DNA from: Octopus bimaculoides
Lineage: Eukaryota
Direction: 5' to 3'
DNA length: 32,847 nucleotides
Assembly (NCBI RefSeq): GCF_001194135.2
Contig: NC_068981.1
Location: 139,263,107-139,295,953, forward strand
The stretch's first letter is position 1. Every line of letters begins with the position of its first letter. This document shows, in pieces, positions 9,868-20,554 of this stretch. The position numbers were made by a program, and so were the translations under genes. The notes under the pieces were generated by a model, which did no database searches, had not been told where the DNA came from, and saw nothing but the letters and a program-made list of their open reading frames with translations.

Positions 9868-10326
9868 CACATTCACACACGCATATATATTTATATTTGT
9901 GTGCATAGAGATATATAAAAGCGTCTATGCACAAGAGCATCTGTTTTCATTTTGTCTAGATTAAAAGTATTTCTATAAAGCACTTTCGTATGTTAATCAA
10001 ACACATTAAACTTTATATATGGACATGTGTGTGAATTGACAGGTGGAGGGATAAACACTCTGAAGATATTAGAACAATAATCGATATAGTCCTCCATAGG
10101 ATTCCATAACTGGCAACATGGTTTCAGATCACACTCAAGCGCGAACAGTTCGACATACACGCTCATGCACACACAAAGACGGATGGATACATACATACAT
10201 GCATACATACATACATACATACCTACATACATACATACGAAAACACTTGCGCACATAAACAAATTTCGCTAAAATTACGTACCTACTCTTTGAAGAAGCA
10301 GCACACACTCAAACACACACACACAC

Positions 10327-10370
<44 letters not shown>

Positions 10371-11299
10371 TTATGATTTATGTATATATAAAGTGATATT
10401 CGTATTTCTCAGCATTTATATACATACATATTTTTTTATATATAAAGAGCCTATATATAAACCATATGAACGTACATTTAATATACAAAATCATATTTAT
10501 AAACGTGCATATACATACATATATACATATATGTGGTTGTGTGTATATATATATATATATACCGAGTGCGCATACCTTACAGAATTTATGCTTTTCCACT
10601 ATGTGTCTATAATAGTATATGTGTGAGAAGAAAACTATACTACTTGAATAATATTTGCACACATGCATAATCTCCTACCAGCAAACGTATACTTTCAGTA
10701 TACTATTGTAGCTTCATATATTACATACATCAAATATTTCGTTTGTATGCATACAGTTTGCATGTTATAAATCTATTCTTGTTACCCCGTGAATATATTT
10801 ATCAGCTACTGAGTTCATTAATCCATAAAAAGCCATTGAATACAATACCCAAATGCGCTTCGAATCGAACGAATGATGACACTGTGGCAGTTTTATAAGT
10901 TTGATTTACTATCTTCGGTATTCCGTTAGTTAGCTCAACGAGTCCCATTTGGCGAGCTTGGCAGTGGCACTAAAGTAGCGTCGGTGAATAACGACCGACC
11001 GCTGCCCTATAAAATGCTAAAGGTCGATTTCAGCTGAAGAGTTCAAGATTATACAGCAATTAATGCAGCGGAATCAATAAAATGAAATTATTCGAGCATG
11101 CATAAATGCATACGAAGTCATATACACACGTTTTTATACATAGAATGATGCGCACACACGTATAGACACAGATATATATATATATATCTGTGTGTATACG
11201 TTGTTGTGTGCATCATTCTATGTGTAAAAACGTGTGTATGATTACACACGTACGCAAAGATACACAAACATGTATATAAGTATATATGTATGGGAAATA

Positions 11300-11312
11300 T
11301 CTACATACGCTG

Positions 11313-11352
<40 letters not shown>

Positions 11353-11778
11353 CATATATGTATGCATATATATATGTATGTATATATATGTATGCATATA
11401 TATGTATGTATGCATATATATATGTATGCATATATATGTATGCCTATATATATNNNNNNNNNNNNNNNNNNNNNNNNNNNNNNNNNNNNNNNNNNNNNNN
11501 NNNNNNNNNNNNNNNNNNNNNNNNNNNNNNNNNNNNNNNNNNNNNNNNNNNNNNNNNNNNNNNNNNNNNNNNNNNNNNNNNNNNNNNNNNNNNNNNNNNN
11601 NNNNNNNNNNNNNNNNNNNNNNNNNNNNNNNNNNNNNNNNNNNNNNNNNNNNNNNNNNNNNNNNNNNNNNNNNNNNNNNNNNNNNNNNNNNNNNNNNNNN
11701 NNNNNNNNNNNNNNNNNNNNNNNNNNNNNNNNNNNNNNNNNNNNNNNNNNNNNNNNNNNNNNNNNNNNNNNNNNNNNN

Positions 11779-11844
<66 letters not shown>

Positions 11845-11852
11845 TACATACA

Positions 11853-11890
<38 letters not shown>

Positions 11891-11973
11891 CGCATGTGTA
11901 TGCATATATATATATGCATGGATACATATATATATATGCATACATGCATGCATATATATATATGCATTCATAC

Positions 11974-12006
<33 letters not shown>

Positions 12007-12376
12007 CTTGCATTCATACATACATATATGTATATATATATATGCATACATGCATATATATATATACGTACATATATATATATATATATATATATACATA
12101 CACATATATATACATACATATGTACATATATATATACATACATATATACATACTCATATACATATATATATACATATATACATATATGTATACATATATA
12201 TATGCATACATACATATATGCATACATACATATATGCATATATACATATATGCATACATACATATATTCATACATATATATATGCATACATACATACATA
12301 CATGCATACATACATGCATGCATGCATACATACATACATACATACATACATACAAACATATATATATATATATATT
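11300..12376. repeat. Complex (TA)/(TATG)/(CATA)/(TG) microsatellite array over 1 kb, spanning a gap
   Basis: Seen directly. Source of the long YIYI/MHTY ORFs. Confidence 0.95.
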
Positions 12377-12458
12377 ATGTACTTGTTGGCTATGGTCGGT
12401 CAAAAGGTGACCATTGATTTCACATCTATTATTGCTTTTAGTAATATAGGCGACTTAC

Positions 12459-12609
12459 CTGGCCTGCTTCGGAGGCACATACTAATGAAGTTAAGAACAC
12501 AATCTTGGCGTGCGCGGTGATGGAAAAAACTCTGAATCGAAATTTTTTGAAACGAAAATCCCTTCTGGGAGAGACTGACTTATCTCCATTTGAACGGTTC
12601 AAGTTGTGT
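12459..12609 (-). other. Candidate exon of a minus-strand transcript
   Basis: Consensus donor CAG|GTAAGT (intron start 12458-12453) and possible acceptor CTGACCTTTACAG| at 12610-12611. One frame is open across 151 nt. Lies in a non-repetitive island. Confidence 0.35.
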
Positions 12610-13056
12610 CTGTAAAGGTCAGTTTATGTACGTTTCCCGTGCGGTAGTTAGCAAGCGTGGAAGCCCAAATTTCGAACATGAATTGTATATCATGAGGGCA
12701 CCGAATAAACTTATCACTTTTTGAATTTAATATGGCTCCCGGATCAAGCGCATGTTTAAGGATCCTTTTAGTTGATCAAGCGTCAGCGATGATGAAATTC
12801 TCCTGTTGGATTATACCGAACAAGTTTATCTCTGTATGGAGCCAAAGTATCATCCGAAGATGGTATTGAAAAGATTACACATCACTGCTTAGCGCTCCCT
12901 CCTTAAAAAGATTACATCATATTCGGAGAACAGGCACACACGACATAACACATTCATGGAGTGAAACAAATGGAAGTTCGATTCACTTTTCCAGTTCGGG
13001 TCGGATTTGAAAGGAAATGAAATTAGCAGTGTCTTAATATGCTGAAAGAAGGGTAT

Positions 13057-13278
13057 TATATATTGATTTCAAATTTTGGCACAAAACCAGCAATTTAGGA
13101 GGGAAGAGTAAGTCGGTTACATCGACTCCAGTGCTCAACTGGTACTTATTTTATCGACCCTGAAATAATGAAAAACAAAGCCAGCCTCGGCGGAATTTGA
13201 ACTCAGAACGTATAGACGGAGAGAATGTCGCTAAGGACTTTGTCAGGCGTACTAATGATTCTGCTAGCTCGCTGCTTA
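13057..13278 (-). mobile_element. SINE family A, near-full copy
   Basis: GTCGGTTACATCGACTCCAGTGCTCAACTGGTACTTATTTTATCGACCC...GGAATTTGAACTCAGAACG...GATTCTGCTAGCTCGCTGC is the reverse complement of family A. Confidence 0.92.
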
Positions 13279-13324
13279 AAGGCATTAATATTTTAAGGAA
13301 TCCTAAGTAATGGTTCGCCCTAGT

Positions 13325-13688
13325 TTCTTTTACCTTTTACTTGCTCCACTCATTGGACTGCAGCCTTGCTGGGGTACCACCTTGAAGGGTTTAGTCGAAG
13401 AAATCGATTCCAGTACTGAAGTCTAGTACTTATTCTATCGGGCCTCTCACTAAGTTACGGGGACGTAATAATCAGTCAAACCAAAGATAGTTTTCAAACG
13501 TGAGAACACAAACACAAAGACACACACACGCACGTAATGGGCTTCTACACAGGTTCCGTCCACTATATTCACTCACAAGGTATTGGCTTTGGGGCTATAG
13601 AAGATTTGCTCAAGGTGCCGAGCACCAAAACTGTACCCGAAACCATGTGGTTGAAAGCGAGCTTCTTGACCACACACCCATGCCTGCG
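13325..13688 (-). mobile_element. SINE family B, full-length diverged copy
   Basis: Both halves and the internal CA tract are present. Colinear with the reverse complement of 29002-29438. Confidence 0.88.
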
Positions 13689-13859
13689 AATACAATATTA
13701 ATGGATAAAATCAAACACATTCACACAAATAGCATTGAAACGCAGACACGTCATCAAATGTCTCTTAAAGAACTTTCAACTACAGACAGGAAAATATCTT
13801 TGTTGTAGCCATCGTTGGCTGCTGTTAAACTCTTTTAACCCTCAGCACTTGACTATAAG

Positions 13860-14055
13860 AATATATACGTCTAAAAGTGATTCTTCGCGAACACTCGATC
13901 TGCTAAATGTAGCAACAAAATTACGTCCTAGCATCTGAAAAAAACGAAGGGTACTTTGGATAATGTATATTCATAATAAACGATGGCATGGTCACGGTCG
14001 GAGTACTTCTGATCATAGAGTAGTTTGATCAAGGTTGAATTGAGGCTAAACAGCT
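13860..14055 (+). mobile_element. SINE-like family E copy
   Basis: Colinear with the reverse complement of 5231-5432. Confidence 0.6.
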
Positions 14056-14170
14056 GCTATAGTAGCTTTAACTGACCAAATCTGTTCTGGTTGAGAAGCA
14101 AAAATATACATACAGCTTCAGTCAAATGTTTGAAACCAGTTAAAGAATGCATACACATGTGTGTCTATGA

Positions 14171-14222
<52 letters not shown>

Positions 14223-14768
14223 TTAAAATGTGCACTTGAAAACTATAGTGAATTAAAATAACGATATGTATAACATTTATAATGTACAAGCATAAAACGA
14301 CTCCTGCCGTAATATTCTCCCAAGAGACATCGNNNNNNNNNNNNNNNNNNNNNNNNNNNNNNNNNNNNNNNNNNNNNNNNNNNNNNNNNNNNNNNNNNNN
14401 NNNNNNNNNNNNNNNNNNNNNNNNNNNNNNNNNNNNNNNNNNNNNNNNNNNNNNNNNNNNNNNNNNNNNNNNNNNNNNNNNNNNNNNNNNNNNNNNNNNN
14501 NNNNNNNNNNNNNNNNNNNNNNNNNNNNNNNNNNNNNNNNNNNNNNNNNNNNNNNNNNNNNNNNNNNNNNNNNNNNNNNNNNNNNNNNNNNNNNNNNNNN
14601 NNNNNNNNNNNNNNNNNNNNNNNNNNNNNNNNNNNNNNNNNNNNNNNNNNNNNNNNNNNNNNNNNNNNNNNNNNNNNNNNNNNNNNNNNNNNNNNNNNNN
14701 NNNNNNNNNNNACACACACACACACACACACACACACAGTGGACCAAACATCACACACCAAAACATTC

Positions 14769-15062
14769 GGTGGAGAGCTGGCAGAATCATTAGCACGCTG
14801 TGCAAAAATGCTTTGAGGCAATTCTTCCGTCTTTACATTCTGAGTTCAAATCCCACCGAGGTCGACTTTTGCTTTCATTCCTTCGAAGTTGAAAAATTAA
14901 GTACCAGTTGAGCACTGGGGTCGATGTAATCGACCTGTCCCGTCCCACACAATTTTAGGTCTTGCACCTATAATAGAAAAGATTATTATTATTATTATTA
15001 TTATCATTATTATTATCATCATTATTATTATTATTATTATTATTATTAATAATAATAATAAT
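14769..15062 (+). mobile_element. SINE family A full copy followed by an (ATT/ATC)n tail
   Basis: GAGCTGGCAGAATCATTAGCAC...GAGTTCAAATCCC...GGGGTCGATGTAATCGAC...TAGAAAAG, then (ATT)n from 14981. Confidence 0.92.
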
Positions 15063-15208
15063 TTTGTTCGTCATGTACTAGTTACGTAGGAATTCATCAT
15101 TATTTTATTTATTTTATTTATTTTATTCAATTTCAGAAAAATTGAAGCATTTCTTTGATAATCCAAGAGCGTTCTGAACTTATTTTGTGCGTGACTTTTG
15201 GACTACCC

Positions 15209-15267
<59 letters not shown>

Positions 15268-16469
15268 TGGGATGCAGACATGCAGATAAATATACAGATA
15301 ACACAACATGTACATACATGGAAGTATAAACACAAATAAATCATTGACTGGAAATGGAGACTTGTAGACATGTTGTTTCATCCTATCTGCCTATATAAGT
15401 TATGAGAATTGTTTGGGACAGATCTGTCTCATACTAGATTTCCCCGCAACGGACACACAGAGGTTTCATGATAAACTGAACAACTTTAACCTTACTTAAG
15501 CTGTTTCTACCACAGATTGACGTTGTATTTAAATATATTGTTTCGTATATTTCGTCTCGATTTTTTTCTCTTTTAAAACATTCTGTTCTACAGAGCTTAA
15601 CATATTGATTCTTTTATTTTAAACTGTCTTTTTATTTAGTTTATACTTTATTAGTTTTCCATGTCTACTAAATCATCTATCATTGCAAAGATATGTACAT
15701 AGCAGTTAGCTTTAACCTTTAACAAACATTGATACATATGTCTTGAAAACATACTTTTATACACGTATATACACATACATAGACACATCTGTCTATCTCT
15801 CCCCTCTCTAGGCACACATATATACTAACATAAGTACATACGGATATATTTACATATGCTTACATGCATTCATAAATTCATACGTATGTGGTAACTATAT
15901 GAAAACATATGATAACACGAATTGGACAATCAATACACTCTGGTATACTGCTGCTTACAACTCAGAAAGAAAACCTACGAGATACCTGCATTGCATGTGT
16001 TAATGCAATAACTCAACGTAAACAACTGCGATAGTAAACAAAGCTCGAAGAAAACATCAATAGATTTAGATAAGATCATAAAAGATGAGGAGCATACTAA
16101 CTTCACAGCGCACCAAAAACAACCAGTGAAAAACCGACAAAACTGTAGAGAGATTCTACACCCCAGCTGCATTATTTTGTTACTCTTATTATTTTATTTG
16201 TTTTAGCCTGCGTGCCGTGACCATGTTGGAGCACCGCCATTAAATGTTGAAACTTTTCGGTGAGGAATCGAACCCCCATCTCTCTCCTACTACCGAGGAC
16301 CGGTTTTATAGAGAAATGGCTATCTTCAAAGCAGGAACTGGTAAAGAGTAATAAATTCCATTCAAATAAACAATTATGAGTGATAACAGTTAAGATGGTT
16401 TTCAATTTACTTTGTCTTCTCTTTGGTAAATCAAATTAACTGTTAAAAGTAATATTCCTTTCTACTATA

Positions 16470-16668
16470 GCCACAAGAACTGAAATTTAGCGGAGAGGGG
16501 TAAGTCGATGATATCGAGCCCAGAGGTATACTGGTACTTATTTCATCGACCCCAGAAAGGATAAAAGGTAATATTGATCTCGATAGAATTTGAACTTAGA
16601 ACGTAAAGACGGACGAAATATCACTAAGCATTTTGTCCGGCGTGCTAACGGTTCTGCCAACTCGCTGC
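16470..16668 (-). mobile_element. SINE family A copy
   Basis: CTGGTACTTATTTCATCGACCCC...AATTTGAACTTAGAACGTAAAGACGGACGAAAT...GCTAACGGTTCTGCCAACTCGC. Confidence 0.9.
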
Positions 16669-16726
16669 ATTACGTTCAGAATGTCAGGATTCGGTTTCAG
16701 CATATAATGCTCGGAAAGGATAAATG

Positions 16727-16951
16727 TTAACCATTTAGCATTTAAACCAGCATTTAAACCAGCATGTTAACTATTTAGCATTTCAACCAAACTGGTTTCA
16801 CCCAACCTCCCACACCTTCCCTACAATGCTATTCTAGAAATAATCACTTCGTCGAAATCTCAAGGCTATGAGATAATACATGATTAATCCAAAACAATGT
16901 GAATAAAGAAGCAGAACATTTGACAGAGTAATCTGAATGCTATAGAGTTAA
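16727..16951. mobile_element. MITE with TTAA ends (piggyBac-type) and a duplicated left terminus
   Basis: TTAA-CCATTTAGCATT at the left end and AATGCTATAGAG-TTAA at the right end form an imperfect TIR. A second TTAACTATTTAGCATT lies at about 16764. Confidence 0.7.
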
Positions 16952-17626
16952 AGATACCAACTACTCAGTTATACGGTCTTTCCATAATCAAACGTTTACA
17001 ACAATGGCACTGAATATTTCTACCAGAATATAAGCCTTCTAAAAAGTACAGCACTCTACAGCAAGTATACACTGATAGTTTCTCCCTATATTCTTAAAAA
17101 TAACATAACCTTCGAATATAACTAACACTTTTTGAGTATACATGCATACATGCATACATAAGTCTCCCTCTCTCTCTGACTAGGAAAAAGACACATTAAA
17201 TGTCTATATTCTGTACACCTTTATTTTTGATTTAAATTTCAAACTTCCAAACCCGCCTCAACTTAATCTAGAAGGGATTCTCTCCCCATGAAAGCTGTTT
17301 TTCGGCACACGATCACAAAAAGGTGAATATTTGAGTCAAATTGGAAAATAATGAATATTAAGGGCATACAGGGAAACGATATGCGTGTATATAGTGTGTA
17401 CAGCGTAGATAGAAAAGTATATATACACTCGTAGAAATGTTCTGTACTGTCGTTGGTAACTGTTGATTATGGAAATGCTGAGTATCAGAGCTGTTGGTAA
17501 AAGGAGGTCTGATGTGCTCACAGTAGTCTTGATGTGAGTACTGCAGTAGCCCTGCCGGCTAAAGACATGATCACTGAGCTGTTCACTGTTATGTATGGTT
17601 GTGTCTGGACAGTCAGTAAAAGCTTT

Positions 17627-17688
17627 ATGTGATTTTTATAAATTCATAATTCTTCTACTGTGATTTTTACAAATTCATAATTCTTCCA
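17627..17688 (+). repeat. 31-bp tandem duplication
   Basis: TGTGATTTTTATAAATTCATAATTCTTCTAC followed by TGTGATTTTTACAAATTCATAATTCTTCCAC. Confidence 0.85.
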
Positions 17689-17844
17689 CTGCCACGACGA
17701 CTGTCAGAATCACTATGATTGTATTGTGTAACACGATTTTTGTCCTTGGGTAGCAACTGTTATTTCCTAGTTTGCTTACCCCTAGAAAGTATGAAAAAAG
17801 GACTAATATTTCCTTTTAAACTTTACTTTTGTTACATTTATTCA

Positions 17845-17987
17845 AACACCAAACAATCCCTCTCAAGTCATGGCTATGATGCTCTCCCGTTACTTCTGCT
17901 CATGAGCAGAGATATTGTCAGCCACCAAAGGACATGCTCAAACAACTGACAAGCAAATCTGTGGTATTGAGCAGAATATTTGCTATA
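17845..17987 (+). mobile_element. Internal fragment of the R4/Dong-type 3' UTR with two short deletions
   Basis: CATGGCTATGATGC...TACTTCTGCTCATGA...GTCAGCCACCAA...ACAACTGACAAGCAAATCTGTGGTATT matches about 7600-7740. Confidence 0.85.
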
Positions 17988-19140
17988 ACGATATTTCTGC
18001 TTCAGCGACTCAGCGCTGGATCTGTTTGAAATGTAATGAAAAATAGTTAAGTTTCATTGATGTCCAGGTCACGAAAGCAAAATTTGAAGAAAATAGGAGT
18101 CATTTCCATTGATTTCTAGATAAAAGCAAATAGGAAATAACTCTTACTGACTAAAGATAAAATAAATAAGTAAATAAATAAATAAATAAATAAATAAGTA
18201 AAAATTTTGTTACAGTGTTATTTGTACGTTTGCTGTATCGGCCGGTACACTGCGACCTGGTAGTATGTTTCTTGACTGTTTCAACTGGTTAAGCCAGACA
18301 ACCAATGCCAACAATGCCAGTAAGTGAGGTCCTCTTTGATATATCTTCTTTACAGAGACGACCTCTAATTTTAGGCACTGGTGGATAAAAAAGTGATAAA
18401 AGCTCAGCTTTTGAAACCATTTTCTGTGAGGAGATGAACGAGACAGCGCACAAGTTGATTGGTTCGAAAAGTAGTGATATGCTGTTGCTGCTTCAAAATG
18501 GTGTCAGCGATTGGTCTAGATAGTGATGACGTAGGTTAATTTCGGCGTTAGTCTGTATCAGGATAGACTCAGTCTGTAAATGTGATCAAGTTGTAAATGT
18601 ATGGATTTACGTTAACATCACCGGCACGTCACGAATATAACAATATGACAGATCTGCTACAAACTAAAGACGCTGACGAAAATCCTTTTATCGGGGAATT
18701 CTACTTGAGTAAGCATTTATCACAAATTTGCCTCTGAACCACAGACGATGAGAAAACAAACAAAAGACAATAACAATCCAAATAGGTCTCTAAAAAGAGC
18801 ACCAAAACAAGGATTTAGATCAGAATGTATCATAAGGTACAATCAAGAAAAAAAAAATACAGTATCAAGCACCAAGAGTAGAACTTACATTATCAACTCT
18901 TAAACTCCTAAGCTGTAGGAAATCGGCACTGAGGTAAGGCATCAGTAAGAGGCTTAATGAATGAATGCTGTTACAAGATATTCTAAAGGAAGCCCCTTGC
19001 ATGTATTTACAATATATATGAAAAAGTCTTGAGACCCTTGGACTTATAAAGGTCGGATACCCGGTTTCCATGGCGTGTAACTGACTGAAATCATAACCAT
19101 AACATACACTCTGAATGAAACAACGGTTCGTAGCGGAGTT

Positions 19141-19582
19141 CAAGGCCAGCAATTTTGAAGGGAGAGAACAAATCGATTACATAAAGCCCAGTGGTTGAAT
19201 GTGGAGGCGCATGGCTTAGCGGTTAGGGTGTTGGACTCATGATCGTAAGATTGTGGTTTCGATTCCTGGACAGGGCGACTTATTGTGTTCTTGAGCAAGA
19301 CACTTCATTTCACGTTGCTACAGTCTACTCAGCTGATATAAATGAGTAATCCAGTGTCCCGTCCAGGGAGGAATATTTGCTCCACGGAAACCAAGAAACC
19401 GGCCCTGTAAGTCTAAATAACTTGGGAAGGATCTTAAAAATAAGAGTACTTGACTGATACTTTGTTTGATCGAACCCCAAAGGGAGTAAAGACAAAGTTG
19501 ACCTTGGTGGTATTTGAACGTGAAACAGAGAGCCGGATGTAATATCGCTAAGTATTTTGTCCGATGTGCTAATGATTCTGCC
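19141..19582 (-). mobile_element. SINE family A split into two parts (19141-19197 and 19451-19582) by a nested insertion
   Basis: The left part ends CCCAGTGGTTGA and the right part resumes ACTGATACTTT. Intact copies read CCAGTGCTCAACTGGTACTTATT at this point. Confidence 0.7.
19203..19415 (+). mobile_element. CORE-like tRNA-derived SINE (family C-related, different 3' tail), nested in family A
   Basis: A-box TGGCTTAGCGG, B-box GGTTTCGATTCC, then TGTGTTCTTGAGCAAGACACTTCATTTCACGTTGC...CAGCTG...AAATGAGTA. Confidence 0.85.
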
Positions 19583-20186
19583 CTCTATCAATACCTTGCA
19601 TATTACTTATTTTATCTTTTTCAGCTAGATGAGAGGCAAAGTTTGTTCTGGTGGAATTTGAATTCAGAACAATGAAAGACAAAACTAAATATACTTAATT
19701 TAGCGTTTAACTCAACTTATACAGCTTAAAATAACTATATGTCAACTGAAGTACAACAACAATAACAACGACAAAATCGTAATTTTCAAATCATCAAAAT
19801 CACACAAAAAAAGAAGTAATGAAAAAAGAAAATCAACAAAACGTGTTGATTTTTTTCACCACATTTGTCAGAACTAAAAAAAACTTAAAGGAATATTTTT
19901 GTTCCAATTATTTCACCTCGATGAATTCATTGTCGAAGAAACAGAAGGTGTTGTCTGACGAGAGTGATTACGTAAGAAAAAAATAAAGATTCAATTGAAG
20001 ACAAGAAGGGAAGCAAAGCGCAGAAATAATTTGAATTACAAGTCTTTAGTAAAGGGGTATATTTACACGATGAAACACGCGCACGCTGGTACAAATAAAT
20101 AATACATAAATATATACACAAAGAGAAATAACTCTCCTGCACAAATACCCACATGCATACACACATACATATATTTATGGATGCAT

Positions 20187-20331
20187 GCGAACTGGCAGAT
20201 TCGTTAAAGGGGCGGTTAGGATCGCCTTGCAGTTTTTGTTCCGCGCTGAGAATTCGAATACCGCCGAGATCAACTTTGATACTCATACTTTCGTGGTCGA
20301 TAAATAAAGTACGAGCTGTGTACTGGGGGCA
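20187..20331 (+). mobile_element. SINE family A, degraded
   Basis: GCGAACTGGCAGATTCGTTA...CCGCCGAGATCAACTTTG...GTCGATAAATAAAGTAC. Confidence 0.75.
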
Positions 20332-20554
20332 GTTCTTCTCTCTCTCACTCTCTCTTTCTCTTTCTTTTTCCTTCTCTATTTATGTCTTTGGGTTTTGGAA
20401 GAAATCACCTGTGCAAGTATGACGACAGGAAGTTATCAGCAAAAACACCAACACAACATTGTTTTTAAATAAGTGCACAAATGTTTATTGAGCAAATTGC
20501 ATGCTAGCAGAGATATTCAGCAATGCCCGGTATTGTATCAGAATATCTTGAAAA

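Noticed and set aside
11008-11045. TATAAAA box with a nearby TCAG initiator-like motif
   Set aside because: Spacing is about 24 nt rather than about 30, and there is no other promoter evidence.
11234-12520. Long ORFs of 200-430 aa in the ORF track (also 542-1482, 14140-14911, 30255-30945)
   Set aside because: They are translations of microsatellites and N-runs (YIYI, HTHT, XXXX) with no protein-like composition.
12580-12670. Plus-strand peptides ETDLSPFERFKLCL and KGQFMYVSRAVVSKRGSPN faintly recalling the Helitron Pif1 helicase C-terminus
   Set aside because: The key MTINKSQG motif is absent, the pieces are in different frames, and the similarity is within chance.
17003-17012. AATGGCACTG matches the miR-263/183 5' end
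   Set aside because: Only a 10-nt match, diverging afterwards, with no precursor hairpin.
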